A stretch of DNA of 53,849 nt, the filler included, from Jimgerdemannia flammicorona (taxonomy: Eukaryota): the NCBI GenBank assembly GCA_003990765.1. It is 3 parts of 3 records of this genome, joined end to end, with 100 filler letters (N's around TTAATTAATTAA, not from the genome) between each part and the next. Parts side by side here need not be neighbours in the genome. Positions count along the whole stretch, not along the records: positions 1 to 17,889 come from RBNJ01002374.1; 2 more parts are not named here. The stretch is one strand, 5' to 3'. The first letter of the stretch is position 1, and every line of letters starts with the position of its first letter. The notes below the pieces were generated by a model that was given only the letters and a program-made list of their open reading frames with translations, had not been told where the DNA came from and did no database searches. The translations under genes and the position numbers were made by a program. This document shows, in pieces, positions 1 to 11,300 of this stretch.

Positions 1-156
1 CGCTCGCTGCCTCCCCACAACTCCCTGCCCCCTAGTTCACTGCCCCCCCAGCTCGTTTCCCAGTTCGCCACTCCCTAGCTCGCCACTTCCTAGCCACTTT
101 CCAGCTCTCGGCCTCCCACTCAAGCTCTCAGTTCCTGCCATCATCAAATATTCAAA

Positions 157-2518
157 ATGTCTAAAGATCAAGAAGTACATTTAGGAGAAATCTCGGAACC
201 ATCGAATGATATATCGGAGGATATATCAGAGGATATATCAGATATCTCCACCAGTTCATTATCACCAATAAGCACGAGAATAAAAATAAAAACAAAACCT
301 GGTGATAGCTGGGTGGAATCATGCCACAAAGGTAGTTTTATACATTGTGCTAATGGTTGAATTCATAGGGGTGATTGGTCTCAGTCGTAAGGGTGGGTGG
401 TTGGTTGTATGTAAGTGGTTGAGGTTCTAATATAGTCTCATATCTCTCTATTCAAATAGAATTTACAAAGTAAGCTCATCAGTTGCAACCATTGCATGAC
501 TTGGAGCTATATATTGAAGGATGGCAATATCAACAATCTTAAACGACATCTCTGGAAGCATCACAATACCATGCTCTTACCTCTCCAGCATGCTGAGAAT
601 CCTTGCTGGTCTAAGAAAGATGATATTGTGAATATGGATAGAATGGAATTCGGGAAGTACTTAGGAGGTTATTAGAAAAATAATTGATCAAATTTTATTA
701 TTACAAATAGGAACACACTAGCAAGACTTTAAGTGATGAAAATTTCCATCGGTTAATTGCCAACTTCATTGTCACTGGATATCAGCTATTCTCCACTATT
801 GAAAATGCTGGCTTCAAGTATCTCCTTCACATATTATGCCCTGATCTGGCCCTTCCATCAGCTGATACGATTTCGCGAGTTATTCGAAAGGAATTCGAAC
901 TATTGCAGACTCAAGTAAAAGCAAGGCTAGCAGGGCTCAAGTCAAAGGTGTCACTTACACTTGATTGTTGGACATCGGATGTTAACATCAAGGCTTTCCT
1001 TGGAATAACAGCCCATTGGATTGACAGTGATTGGAAGATGCATGACATTATCTTAGACTTTGTGAATATCAGCGAAATAACACATACATATGAGTGCCAA
1101 TCTTGCAAAAAGTCTGGAGCTGGTAATAGATGATTTATTGCCTAGTGACAATCAAATCATTGCTGTTGTGTGTGACAATGCCAGTAACAACGATACTCTG
1201 TTTGAGAATCTCCATTATCCGCTCGCTCATGTATGCTGTTTCGGGCATGTGTTGAATCTTGTCATTCATGATGCTCTTGGTTCTCTTAGCGAGCCCATTG
1301 GAAAGCTATGGGAGTTGATAAAGAAGATCAAAAATTCAGCACAACGACAAGCACAACTGGCGAAGGTCTGTGAATCCTCCGGAATTCCCATTTTGAAGCC
1401 TCTCTTAGATGTTACGACGAGATGGAGTTCTACATATGAAATGTTAGCACGTGCTCTGGAGATTCATAAGGTAAGATTTTGAATCTATTTGTATAGATTT
1501 TGGAATACAATTCAGAAGTATTTTGGTACTAAATAAATTGATATTACATCCAAATAGGGCTTGGATATATTGTGTGCTATGGATAAGCAAATGAGCGATA
1601 TATCTGAAGATGCATGGCAACAATTTGAATTGATTTGCCGATTTCTCGAGCCTTTTGCCAAAGTGACAACTGTGATGTCAGCTTCGAAGTATCTTACAAT
1701 AGCGGCTGTTATCCCACTATTTAATCAGCTATGTGATCACCTCGAAGATGTCATCAATACATATCAAACTAGTGAACATTTTAATCAGATATATATATGA
1801 TTTTGAAAGTAATTTTATTTGTAAATTTAGGAACTAATTTAGTAAGTAATTGGGAAGTAATATGTGTATATTTTTATTTTTTATAGATAATGCTTACTGC
1901 TGCTGAGAATGCACATACGAAACTTCTAAAGTATTACTGCAAGATGACACCATTATACAGCATAGCTTCGGCCTTAGATCCACATATCAACATGCGTTAT
2001 TTCCATCATAAGCAATGGAAAAAATCCTTAATTGATGAATAGAAGAATCAGATGGAACATATCTGGGAAAAGGAGTATAAGCCTGTTAATGCTATCATTA
2101 TACCCTCAATATCTCGTGATGCTGATGATTTTATCAACTCAATATATGAGAAGAAACAGCGCATCGATGTGGATGATGAACTTGAATAGTGAGTGTTGTT
2201 TTTATGTTTTTTGATTGGCTTGGTTAATTTTCACTCATATTTCTCTGTTTTAGTTATTTGTCAGAGAATCCAGCTGATCCTCGTATAGATATACTGGATT
2301 GGTGGCAGCGAAATCAGTCAGTATATCCTAATCTTTCACGAATGGCTTGCGATTATCTTGCTATTTCGGCAACATCTGTTCCATCTGAACATATTTTTTC
2401 TATTGCTGGTGAGCTAGTGACTGAATATCGAAACAGCTTGTGTGTAAATACAATTCATGCATGTATGTGTTTGGATTCTTGGTGGTCTTCAGATATTTTT
2501 CACTTTCAATTACTCTGA
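157..2518 (+). pseudogene. hAT-superfamily transposase, intron-containing and decayed (zf-BED, DDE core, hATC dimerisation domain)
   Basis: Exon from 460 reads CNHC...NLKRHLWKHH (BED finger). Core motifs SLTLDCWTS, DNASNN, CFGHVLNL and TRWSSTY are present. C-terminal exon ILDWWQ..YPNLSRMACDYLAISATSVPSEHIFS is hATC-like. Putative GT-AG introns at about 331-459, 657-710, 1471-1557 and 2190-2253. Frameshift near 1088 and stop near 2040. Confidence 0.9.
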
Positions 2519-2554
2519 ATATTATCCAAATATTTTCCGAATCATTTTTTCAGA

Positions 2555-2897
2555 GCAGAGTTCAGAGGGTCGGGTTCAGGGTCGGGTTCAGGGGTCAGGT
2601 TTAGGGTCGAGTTCAGGGGTCGGGTTCAGGTTTGGGTTAAGGGTAAATAACAGGTCGGGTGATATACATTTCCAGGTTGGGTTAAAGATGGGTGACGTAT
2701 TATTCTGGGTCGGGTTAAAGACGGGTAACATACAATTCTGGGTTGGGTTAAAGACGGGTGACATATAATTCCGGGTCAGGTTAAAGATGGGTGACGTATA
2801 ATTCTGGGTTGGGTTAAAGACGGGTGACGTCTAATTCCAGGTTGGCTGTTTTACGGGTCAGGTTTCAGGTTAATCGGGTCAGGTTTGTGGAGCACTA
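2555..2897 (+). repeat. hAT 3' subterminal repeats and right terminal inverted repeat
   Basis: GGGTCGGGTTCA-type repeats, then ~30-bp tandem units (GGGTTAAAGACGGGTGACGTATAATTC). Ends GGAGCACTA at 2897 (reverse complement TAGTGCTCC), exactly where Gypsy sequence begins. Confidence 0.75.
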
Positions 2898-5846
2898 GGT
2901 GTTATAGATACTACTTGAGATATTAGTGCAGAGTGTGATAGGGTTCTTTGAGTCAGTGTAAGTTGCTAAAGTAATAGTTGTGGGTCTGGAGTGAGGGCTC
3001 AATAGATAGCTGTCTATTGCTGTATAGGTGTATTCTGTTCTAATAGAGGTGTATCTTCTTCAATAGTATATCTGAGATCGAATTCACTGAGATACTCCTC
3101 CTCCTCTTGGCTTTAGTCCCCATGTAATTGGGTTTGCTCAATGTCAAAGTAAAGAGAATTAGTTATATATCTGATTTCAGAAGGACTTAATTTAAAGTCA
3201 AGTTCTGGTTCAGTATTGGTTTTGGGTTCAGATAGGGCTATAGCTAGATCTGTTTCTGAGTCAGGGTCAGATTATTGATGAAGAGTTTCTCTTACTTTTT
3301 CCTTAAGAATATGGTAGGCCTTGCTGTTCTGAAATTGGTAGTATAATGTGGTCTTAGTCCTGGTATGGTGAAAGTTGGTAGAGTTGAGCCACTTGGCTAC
3401 AGAGACTTGGGCTTCATGAGGAACTAAGACTAGAAAGACTGCTGCTGATTGTTCTAGATTGCTCAGATTTGTGAAGCTGACAAAACTCTTATTGAGAAGA
3501 GTAAAGAAGGCTTCTATAAGACCTTCTTCATCTTGATTTGCTGGGTATAGTACAAGGAGTTCAGTGTATAGGGTTTTATCTATCTGCTGATTTAACTGGA
3601 GTACTTCTTTCTTCAAATGAAGTTTGTCCCACTTATTGCAGATGTGGAGGTCAAATTGTTCTTGTATGTCAGGTTCAATTCTCTCTAGATTGTCAAATGA
3701 TTTAGGATAAATTTTAGTTTAGAGATTGGGCTTTATACCAACTTGTAGGAATTCTCAGAGGGGTTTATAGTAGGGTGAAGAAGTATCTTAAAGCAGAATT
3801 GGATTGTAAACTGCTGCTACCAAGTTGTAAGTGGGTTACTTATTAAGATAACCATTATATAGTTCTGGAAGATTTTTCTGGAAGTTCTGAATATTCTAGA
3901 AGACTGTTTTCTTAAAGTTAAGATCAATTTCATATAGAGTATATCCTCTATGCTTATTGATTTTGAGATCAGGTTAACATCTCAACCAAAGTCCTTATTT
4001 GGACTAGTTTTGGATGTTCAGAATTTTCCATATTTCAGGAAGTTCAAGAAACTAAGACCAGCTTAGTTGAATTGGCATATCACTACAGACAATACTCAAT
4101 TAGGAAATTTCATAATATGGTTAGGAGTGGGACCTAATGGAGAGCAGATTTACTTAAGAGTAGTTTATGAGTTATTAAATAGATTTATTCATTATTTATA
4201 ATATTGCTATACTAGAAATAGTTGTGTGAAGGAATATTGTGAGAAAGTATTCAAAAATGTTCTTATGTATTCAAGTCTGAGATTCTGAGGTCTGGAGGAG
4301 GGGGTATTTATACTTATCTGGACTATATTGGATATGGATGTAGCACTTAGTACTTTGCTGAGTTGGAATGTAGTCATATAGTACAAGTGTGATCTGACAT
4401 ATTAAGAGATCATCTAACTGCTGAGTTAGTTCATAGTTATATTGTACAAGGCTAATCTAACTATACTATGACTGCTAAGCTATCTATAGATTTAGATGCT
4501 GTCTGAATAGTCTTTAATGACATCACCATTGATGATATCATCTCTGATGAAGTAGTCATCTAGGAAGAGTTATTTGCAGATTAATTCTTCTTGTTCACTG
4601 AGGTAATAATATATTGAGACTTCATCACTGTCCCATAGAATAGCATCATCTGTCTCATATGCTGGGTAAGATATTGGTGGACAAAGGAGGAATATATTAT
4701 CTTTACTTTCATCAGATTTACTATCTATGTATCTCCTATAAGTTATAGCACTATAAGTTACTGGGTTGTAGTAAGCTGGTAACTGTGGTTCATGTTGCTT
4801 ATACTTGGGTGACAGAGTTGTTGGTTTGATCTTGAGGGTTGTCTGGAGATATAGATTGTGTTCTCTAGTCTCTTCATTATAGTTGAAGTAATTGGAGATG
4901 AATACAGATTGGTACTCATACCAGTGGTCATTGTTCCAATAAGTCTCATAGATGGTTATGAACTATTGTAAATTTATTGACAAAGTTGGCAGAGTGATCA
5001 GGATTGGTAGAGATCCTTGGCTAGAGGTCATGTTAGTATCAGAGGGATCATTGTCTTCTACTTTATCTTCATCAAATCAAATTATATTATAGATGTCCTT
5101 CATGGTATATCCAACTTGAGACATTTACAGAATATAGTTATCAGGGTGTAGGAAGATTCTGTCTGTGGTCTGAATATACTCAAGGTACTTGTGGTTAAGT
5201 TCTTATATCAGGTCATCTATTTGGCCATAGGACAGAGTAGTGACTATTTCAGCAGTAGTAATTTAGAGGCAGAGAATAACAGTGCTATACTTATAAAAGA
5301 GTTCTTGATGTTTGTAGGCAATGAGTTTCTGGTGTTGAGACATCTGAATAATGTCTGTATTATAGTGGTATTTAACCATATCTTCTAGAAGGCAGCTGAT
5401 CTGATAGTAGCTTGAGATTTGTCCAATTTAGTAGGCTTCACTAAGTATGTTCAGAGCATTCCATTAGGTTTCCATGAAGTAGAGCTATGGATATTCATGA
5501 GGGGCAGAGGGGGTATGGCTCAGTTGACAATGGCATTCCAAATGTCAGCATGGATGCAGTTGTAGATCTTGGTGGCCATATTTATATATATGTTCAGGAG
5601 TTTGGGATTATTTGTTTGGTTTGTTTTGGTTCTCTGTTTCAATGTGTCTCAGTGCTCAGTATATATACATTTGGTCCTGATTGATAAGATTCTATTTGTA
5701 TGAATCTTGTATTCCATGACTTTGAGTTGACTCAACTTTGTGTGCTATGACTTCAGTTTGACTCAGCTTCATGATCTTGCAGGTGATTTCCAGATTTGTT
5801 CAGGGGTTGCATGTAATTTCAGTGACTTGGAGGTTGTGTGCTTACA
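2898..5846 (-). mobile_element. Partial Ty3/Gypsy family A (long-LTR variant A1): 5' LTR 3826-5846, PBS 3811-3822, start of polyprotein; interrupted by the hAT
   Basis: Reverse complement is colinear with 6802-9790. LTR termini TGTAAG...CTTACA. PBS TGGTAGCAGCAG. Confidence 0.9.
4492..5579 (-). pseudogene. Decayed second copy of the A1 LTR-internal cargo ORF
   Basis: Begins MATKIYNCIHADIWNAIVN, versus MTTEIYTRIHTDIWNAIVN at 7089. Same stop position; about 10 bp shorter. Confidence 0.7.
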
Positions 5847-6796
5847 TATCTTCCAGTATCAGTATCAATGATAGTATCAAAGATACAATCTTCAATCTGA
5901 TATTGAGTATAAGCTGAGGTCTTGTACTAATCTTCAGATTCTTTACCTAAGTCTTTTTATTCATCTTCTTGTACATTGTGAGCTTCTATGATCTTGTACT
6001 CTTGGTTTTTGACAGTAGTTACAAGTCTTACTCTCAACTACTGTCTGAAGGCAGGAACTTCTACTAGTTGTTCAAAAGTAGCATTAATCTTCTGTTTCTT
6101 AAGAACCTTGTAAATATCATACTGGTGAATCTTGGTCTTACACAGCTTCTGTTCTTTCTTGTTTTTGCTTTCTCCTGAGACTGGAGTGATGTCTTTAATA
6201 ATTTGGCAGGCAACTTCATCTAACTCTATATCTTGATCAATCTCCTCAAGTTGGGTCTTACTTTGAATAGTAATGGTTGAGGTCTTTTTTGGTCTTCCAA
6301 CTAGCTTACTATTGTCCTTCTTATCATAGGGCTTGGACTGAGTTCTGATACCTTCAATAATAGGGTAAAAGTCAGACTTCTTATAGTATTCTTCATCATC
6401 AGTATCATCAATCTCCTCAATGACTATTGTATTAATTTGTTCTCTGATTCTGATAGTATTACTTAGTTGAGCTCTATATCTTATTTCAGTTATATAATTC
6501 TTTATATAGTGGCCTTCTTCTCTATATTTGAAGTATGTAATAGTACATTTCTCTATAGTAGTTGTAAACTTCTACACTAGTCTCCTGTTGGCACTTCATA
6601 CTTCTCTAATAATATTACTAAGATATACAGTCATCTTGACAAACTGCTGGATAAGTTCCTCCACTAGGTCAGCTTTGGTTATCTTGGGAGTAGGTAGGAA
6701 TAGTTGTCTGTTAATGGCTGTAGTAAGTATGATACTGGTTGGTTTTGATAGCTCTATATTGATACCAGTTATTCTTTCTATTAAGTATTTGGTAGG
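5847..6796 (-). mobile_element. Relic gag (3' part) of an older retroelement (family C), target of the A1 insertion
   Basis: Minus strand ~6490-6540 reads YFKYREEGHYIKNY, a CX2CX4HX4C knuckle with all three Cys codons changed by G->A. Continues on the far side of the ATGTC TSD. Confidence 0.65.
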
Positions 6797-6801
6797 ATGT
6801 C

Positions 6802-8862
6802 TGTAAGTGCACAACCTCCAAGCCGCCAGAATTACACGTCACCCTCTGAACAAGTTACTGAAATCACACATGACCCTGAACAAATCTGGAAATCACCTGC
6901 TTAATCACGAAGCTGAGTCAAACCGAAGTCACAGCACACAAATCTGAGTCAATACGAAGTCACAGAACACAAGGTTTATATAAACGGAATCTTACCAATC
7001 AGGACCAAATGTATATATACCGAGCACCGAGATGCATTGAATCAGAGAACCAAAACAAACAACAACCACAACTTCCAAACACACAAACATGACCACTGAG
7101 ATCTATACCCGCATTCACACTGACATTTGGAATGCCATTGTCAACCGAGCCACACCCCCTCTACCCCTCATGAATATCCATAGCCTGGCACCCCTCTACT
7201 TCGTGGAAGCCTGATGAAACACTCTGAACATACTTAGCGAGGCCCACCGAATCAGACAAATCTCAAGCTACTATCAGATCGGCTGCCTCCTAGAAGACAT
7301 GGTCAAACACCACCATGATACAGACATTACCCAGATATCTCAACACTAGAAGCTCATCACCCGCAAACATTGAGAACTCTTCTATGCGTACAGCACCTTT
7401 ATTCCCCGCCTCCGAGTTACTACTAGCAAAATGATTGCTACCCTGTCCTATGGCCAAATCGATGACATGATACAAGAACTCAACCAGAAGTACCTCAAGT
7501 ATGTGGAAACCACAGACCGAACCTTCCCCCACCCCAATGATCACATCCTGCAAATGCCCCAAGTTGGATATGTCATGAAAGACATCTATGATATAATCCA
7601 CTTCGACGAAGACGAAGTAGAAGACAATGATCTCTCCGATGCCGACATGACCTCTAGCCAAGGATCTCTGCCAACCCTGATCACACCGCCAACCTTACTG
7701 ATGAACTTACAATAGTTCATAACTGCATACAAGACTTATTGGGACAATGACCACTGGCATGAATACCAACCTGCATTCACCCCCGATTACTTCAACTACA
7801 ATGAAGAGACTGGAGAACACAACCTGTACCTCCAGACAACCCTCGAGATTGAACCAACCACTCCACTACCTGAGTACGAGTAACATGAACCACAGCCACC
7901 AGCTTACTACAATCCTGCAACTCATAGTGCTGTAACCTATAGAAGATACGCAGATAGTGAATCTGATGAAAGTGAAGACAATATACCCATCCTTCACTCA
8001 CCAATACCTTATCCAGCATACAAGACAGACAATGCTATCCTGTGAGATGGAGACAAAGTTCCAATGTACTATTACCTTAGCAAACAAGGAGAAATAATCT
8101 GCGAATCATTATTCCTAGATGACTACTTCATCAGAGATGATACAATTGATGGTGATGTCATCGAGGACTACCCAGACAGCGCCTAAACCCATAAATAGCC
8201 TAGCAGTCATAGTATAGTTAGATTAGCATTGTACGATGTGACTGTGAACTAACTCAGCAGTCAGACGATCTCTTGACATGTCAGATCACACTTGTACTAC
8301 ATGACTGCATTCCGACTCAGCAAGGCACTTAGTGCTACATCCATATCTAGCATAGCCCAGATAGCCCCTCACTAGTATAAATACCCCCTCCCCCAGACCT
8401 CAGAATCTTAGACTTGAACACACAAGAACATTCCTAAATACTTCTCCACAATATCCCTTTACATAACTACTCCTAGTATAGCAATATCATGAATAGCAAA
8501 TAAACCTATTCAATAACCCACAACCCACTCTTAAGTAAATCTGCTCTCTGTTAGGTCCCACTCCTAACCCTATCATGAAATTTCCTAATTGGATATTGTC
8601 TGCAGCGATACACCAATTCAACTAAGCTGGTCTTAGTCTCTTGAACTTCCTGAAATACGGAAAATCCTGAACATCCAGAACTAGTCCAAAAAAGGACTTT
8701 GGTTGAGACATCAACCTGATCTTGAAATCAATAAGTATAGAGGACGTACTCTATATGAAATTGATCTTGACTATAAGAAAACGGTCTTCCAGAACATCCA
8801 GAATATCCAGAAACCCTTCCCAGAACTATGTAACAGTTATCCTAAAAAGCAACCCTCTTACA
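6802..8862 (+). repeat. 5' LTR of A1 (2061 bp)
   Basis: Matches 3826-5846 along its length and 14533-15215 over its last ~680 bp. TATAAA at ~8376. Confidence 0.9.
7089..8186 (+). pseudogene. ~365-aa unknown ORF wholly inside the LTR U3 (cargo ORF A1)
   Basis: 366 codons in one frame from ATG 7089 to TAA 8186. Internal stops are each one transition from a sense codon, with no frameshift. Includes track ORF 7431-7715. Acidic/Pro-rich C-terminal half ends DDTIDGDVIEDYPDSA*. Confidence 0.7.
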
Positions 8863-8865
8863 ACT

Positions 8866-8877
8866 TGGTAGCAGCGG
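8866..8877 (+). promoter_or_regulatory. Primer-binding site, probably for initiator tRNA-Met
   Basis: TGGTAGCAGCGG 3 nt after the LTR end, complementary to a ...CCGCUGCUACCA tRNA 3' end. Same motif at 3811, 30337 and 41246. Confidence 0.8.
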
Positions 8878-10889
8878 TTTACAATCCAATTCCGCTTCAA
8901 GATGCTTCCTCACCCTGCTACAAACCCTTTCAAGAATTCCTACAAGTTGGTATAAAGCCCAACCTCTGAACTAGAATTTATCCTGAACTATCTGACAATC
9001 TGGAGAGAATTGAACCTGACATATAAGAACAATTTGACCTCCACACCTGCAATAAGTGGGATAAACTTCATTCAAAGAAAGAAGTACTCTGGTTAAACTA
9101 GCAAATAGGTGAAACCCTATTCACTGAACTCCTTGCACTACACCCAGCAAGTCAAGATGAAGAAGGTCTTATTGAAGCCTTCTTTACTCTTCTCAATAAG
9201 AGTTTTGTCAGCTCTACAAATCCAAGCAATCTAGGACAACCAGCAGCAGTCTTTCTAGCCTTAGTTCCTCACAAAGCCCAAGCCTCCATAGCCAAGTGGC
9301 TCAACTCTACTGACTTTCACTGCACCAGAACCAAGACCGCCTTATACTACTGATTCCAGAACAGTAAGGCCTGCCATATTCTTAAGGAAGAAGCAAGAGA
9401 AACCCTTCATCAACTACCTGACCCCGAACCTGAAGCAGGCCCTGCTATAGCCCTACCTGAATCTGAAACCAATACCGAACCTGAACTTGACTTTGAATTA
9501 AGTCCATCTGAAATCAGATATATAACTGATTCTGTCTACTTTGACGCTGAGCAAACCCAATTACATGAGGACCAAACTGAAGAAGAGGAGGAGTATCTCA
9601 GTGAATTCGATCCCAGATATACGACCAAAGGAGAAGTACCTCCATCAGTACAGAATACACCTACACAGCAACAAACAGTTATCTATCAAGCCCTCACTCC
9701 AGATCCACAACTACTACTCCAGCAACTTACACAGACCCAAAGAACCCCATCACACTCTATACCAGTACCTCAAGTAGTACCAGTAACACCACTATCAGCA
9801 GTTCAAGCACCTCCAGTAAACAATATGGCAAACCAACAGATTCTTGATCTCACAGCCCAAGTAGCTATAATGGCAGCAACTATTACTGTCTTAGCTGAAC
9901 AGACCCAACCTACCAAAAATCTGAGCCTACCTACCTTCAATGGTACTGCACAAGAAGTCCAAAGCTTCATTAGTATAGTTGACACCAACTTCGAAGCCAA
10001 TCAATGGACCAATGAGTGAGTTGCTGACCGCATTCTGACAAACAATCAAGACCACACTCTGGAACAACTCTTTGCTACAACTACAGCCTATGTCTGTCGA
10101 GTTGTTACATTCTTCCGAGGACCTGCTGAAGAATGGTGGTGAACCCTTCCTGAAAAACCCCTCACATGGGATACCCGACCTGCAGTAGTTGCTCAGAATG
10201 CAGCAAACAATGCCCCAGGATATAGAGCCCATCCTGCAGCCCCTGGACTCAAACAACTCATGATTGCTCAATACTGCAGCGAAACCATGATTGCCAAATC
10301 TTAAGTAAAACTCCGCAACCTCAAATTTGATATACATGGCAAAGAAGAATTCAAAACCTTCTGTACAAAACTCGAGTCACTCCTGAACACTGTTGGCCTA
10401 GGATACATCACCAATGATGAAGCACGAAATGGTACAAGAGCAGATCATTTATTTAATGCTCTACTGGAATGGCTTACAAGAAAAATCCAAGAGAAAGGCT
10501 GCCCAGTTAGTTGTGATCACCAACAATGGTGCCTGGTAAGAATCAAGACCATGGTCAAGTGAATTCTAACAGCTGGACCAATTCTGCCTCGAAGACAATT
10601 CAACAACAAGGAAAGGACTTGGACTAAGAAAGAAGAACCCAAGCATGAAGCACCCCGAGCTCCCTCCACATCCACCTCTTGGACACCCAGAAATCCTGAA
10701 CCCACCCAGCCCAGTACCTTTAAGAAACTTACTGAAGGCAAAAGGAATGAACTTTGAAGAAGTAGAGTATGCTTCTATTACTGAAAGACAGGACATATGG
10801 CCAGTACCTGCCCTAACCAAAAACCCCGAACAGCAACATGAGCAACTGTTACCACTCTGTACTATCTCAACAACCTGACCACCAGAATA

Positions 10890-11300
10890 CTAGACTTTGT
10901 CAAGTTAAGACAAACTGCTAAGGCCCCAACCAAAGGAAGTCAAAAAGCAGCCAGATATGATCTATATGCAGCTGAAGAAGCTACAGTTTCTAACCGAGAA
11001 GTCAAACAAGTCTATATAGGAATCAGTATCCAAATCCCAGAAGGACATGTTGGAAGAATATGCTGTCGCAGCAGCCTAGCATTGAAAGGACTCTCAGTAG
11101 AAGGAGGAGTCATTGACAAGAATTACACAGGCGAAATTATTGTCCTCATCTGAAACCACAGTTGGACACCCTTCAAGATCCCTATTGGTTTCTGCATTGC
11201 CCAGATCCTATTCGAAAAAATCGAGTCAACTCTGACAGTCAAGGAAGTCTCTGAACTACTGCCTACTATCCAAGGATCTAAAGGATTTGGCTCATCAAAC
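10890..11300 (+). pseudogene. dUTPase domain between nucleocapsid knuckle and protease
   Basis: All five trimeric dUTPase motifs: A(R/G)YDL (AAGYDL in the copy at ~32420), RSSLA, GVIDKNYTGEI, IAQI, QGSKGFGSS. Confidence 0.9.

Noticed and set aside
2560..2885. Telomere-like or CRISPR-like array
   Set aside because: No unique spacers and no true TTAGGG run; its position fits hAT subterminal repeats.
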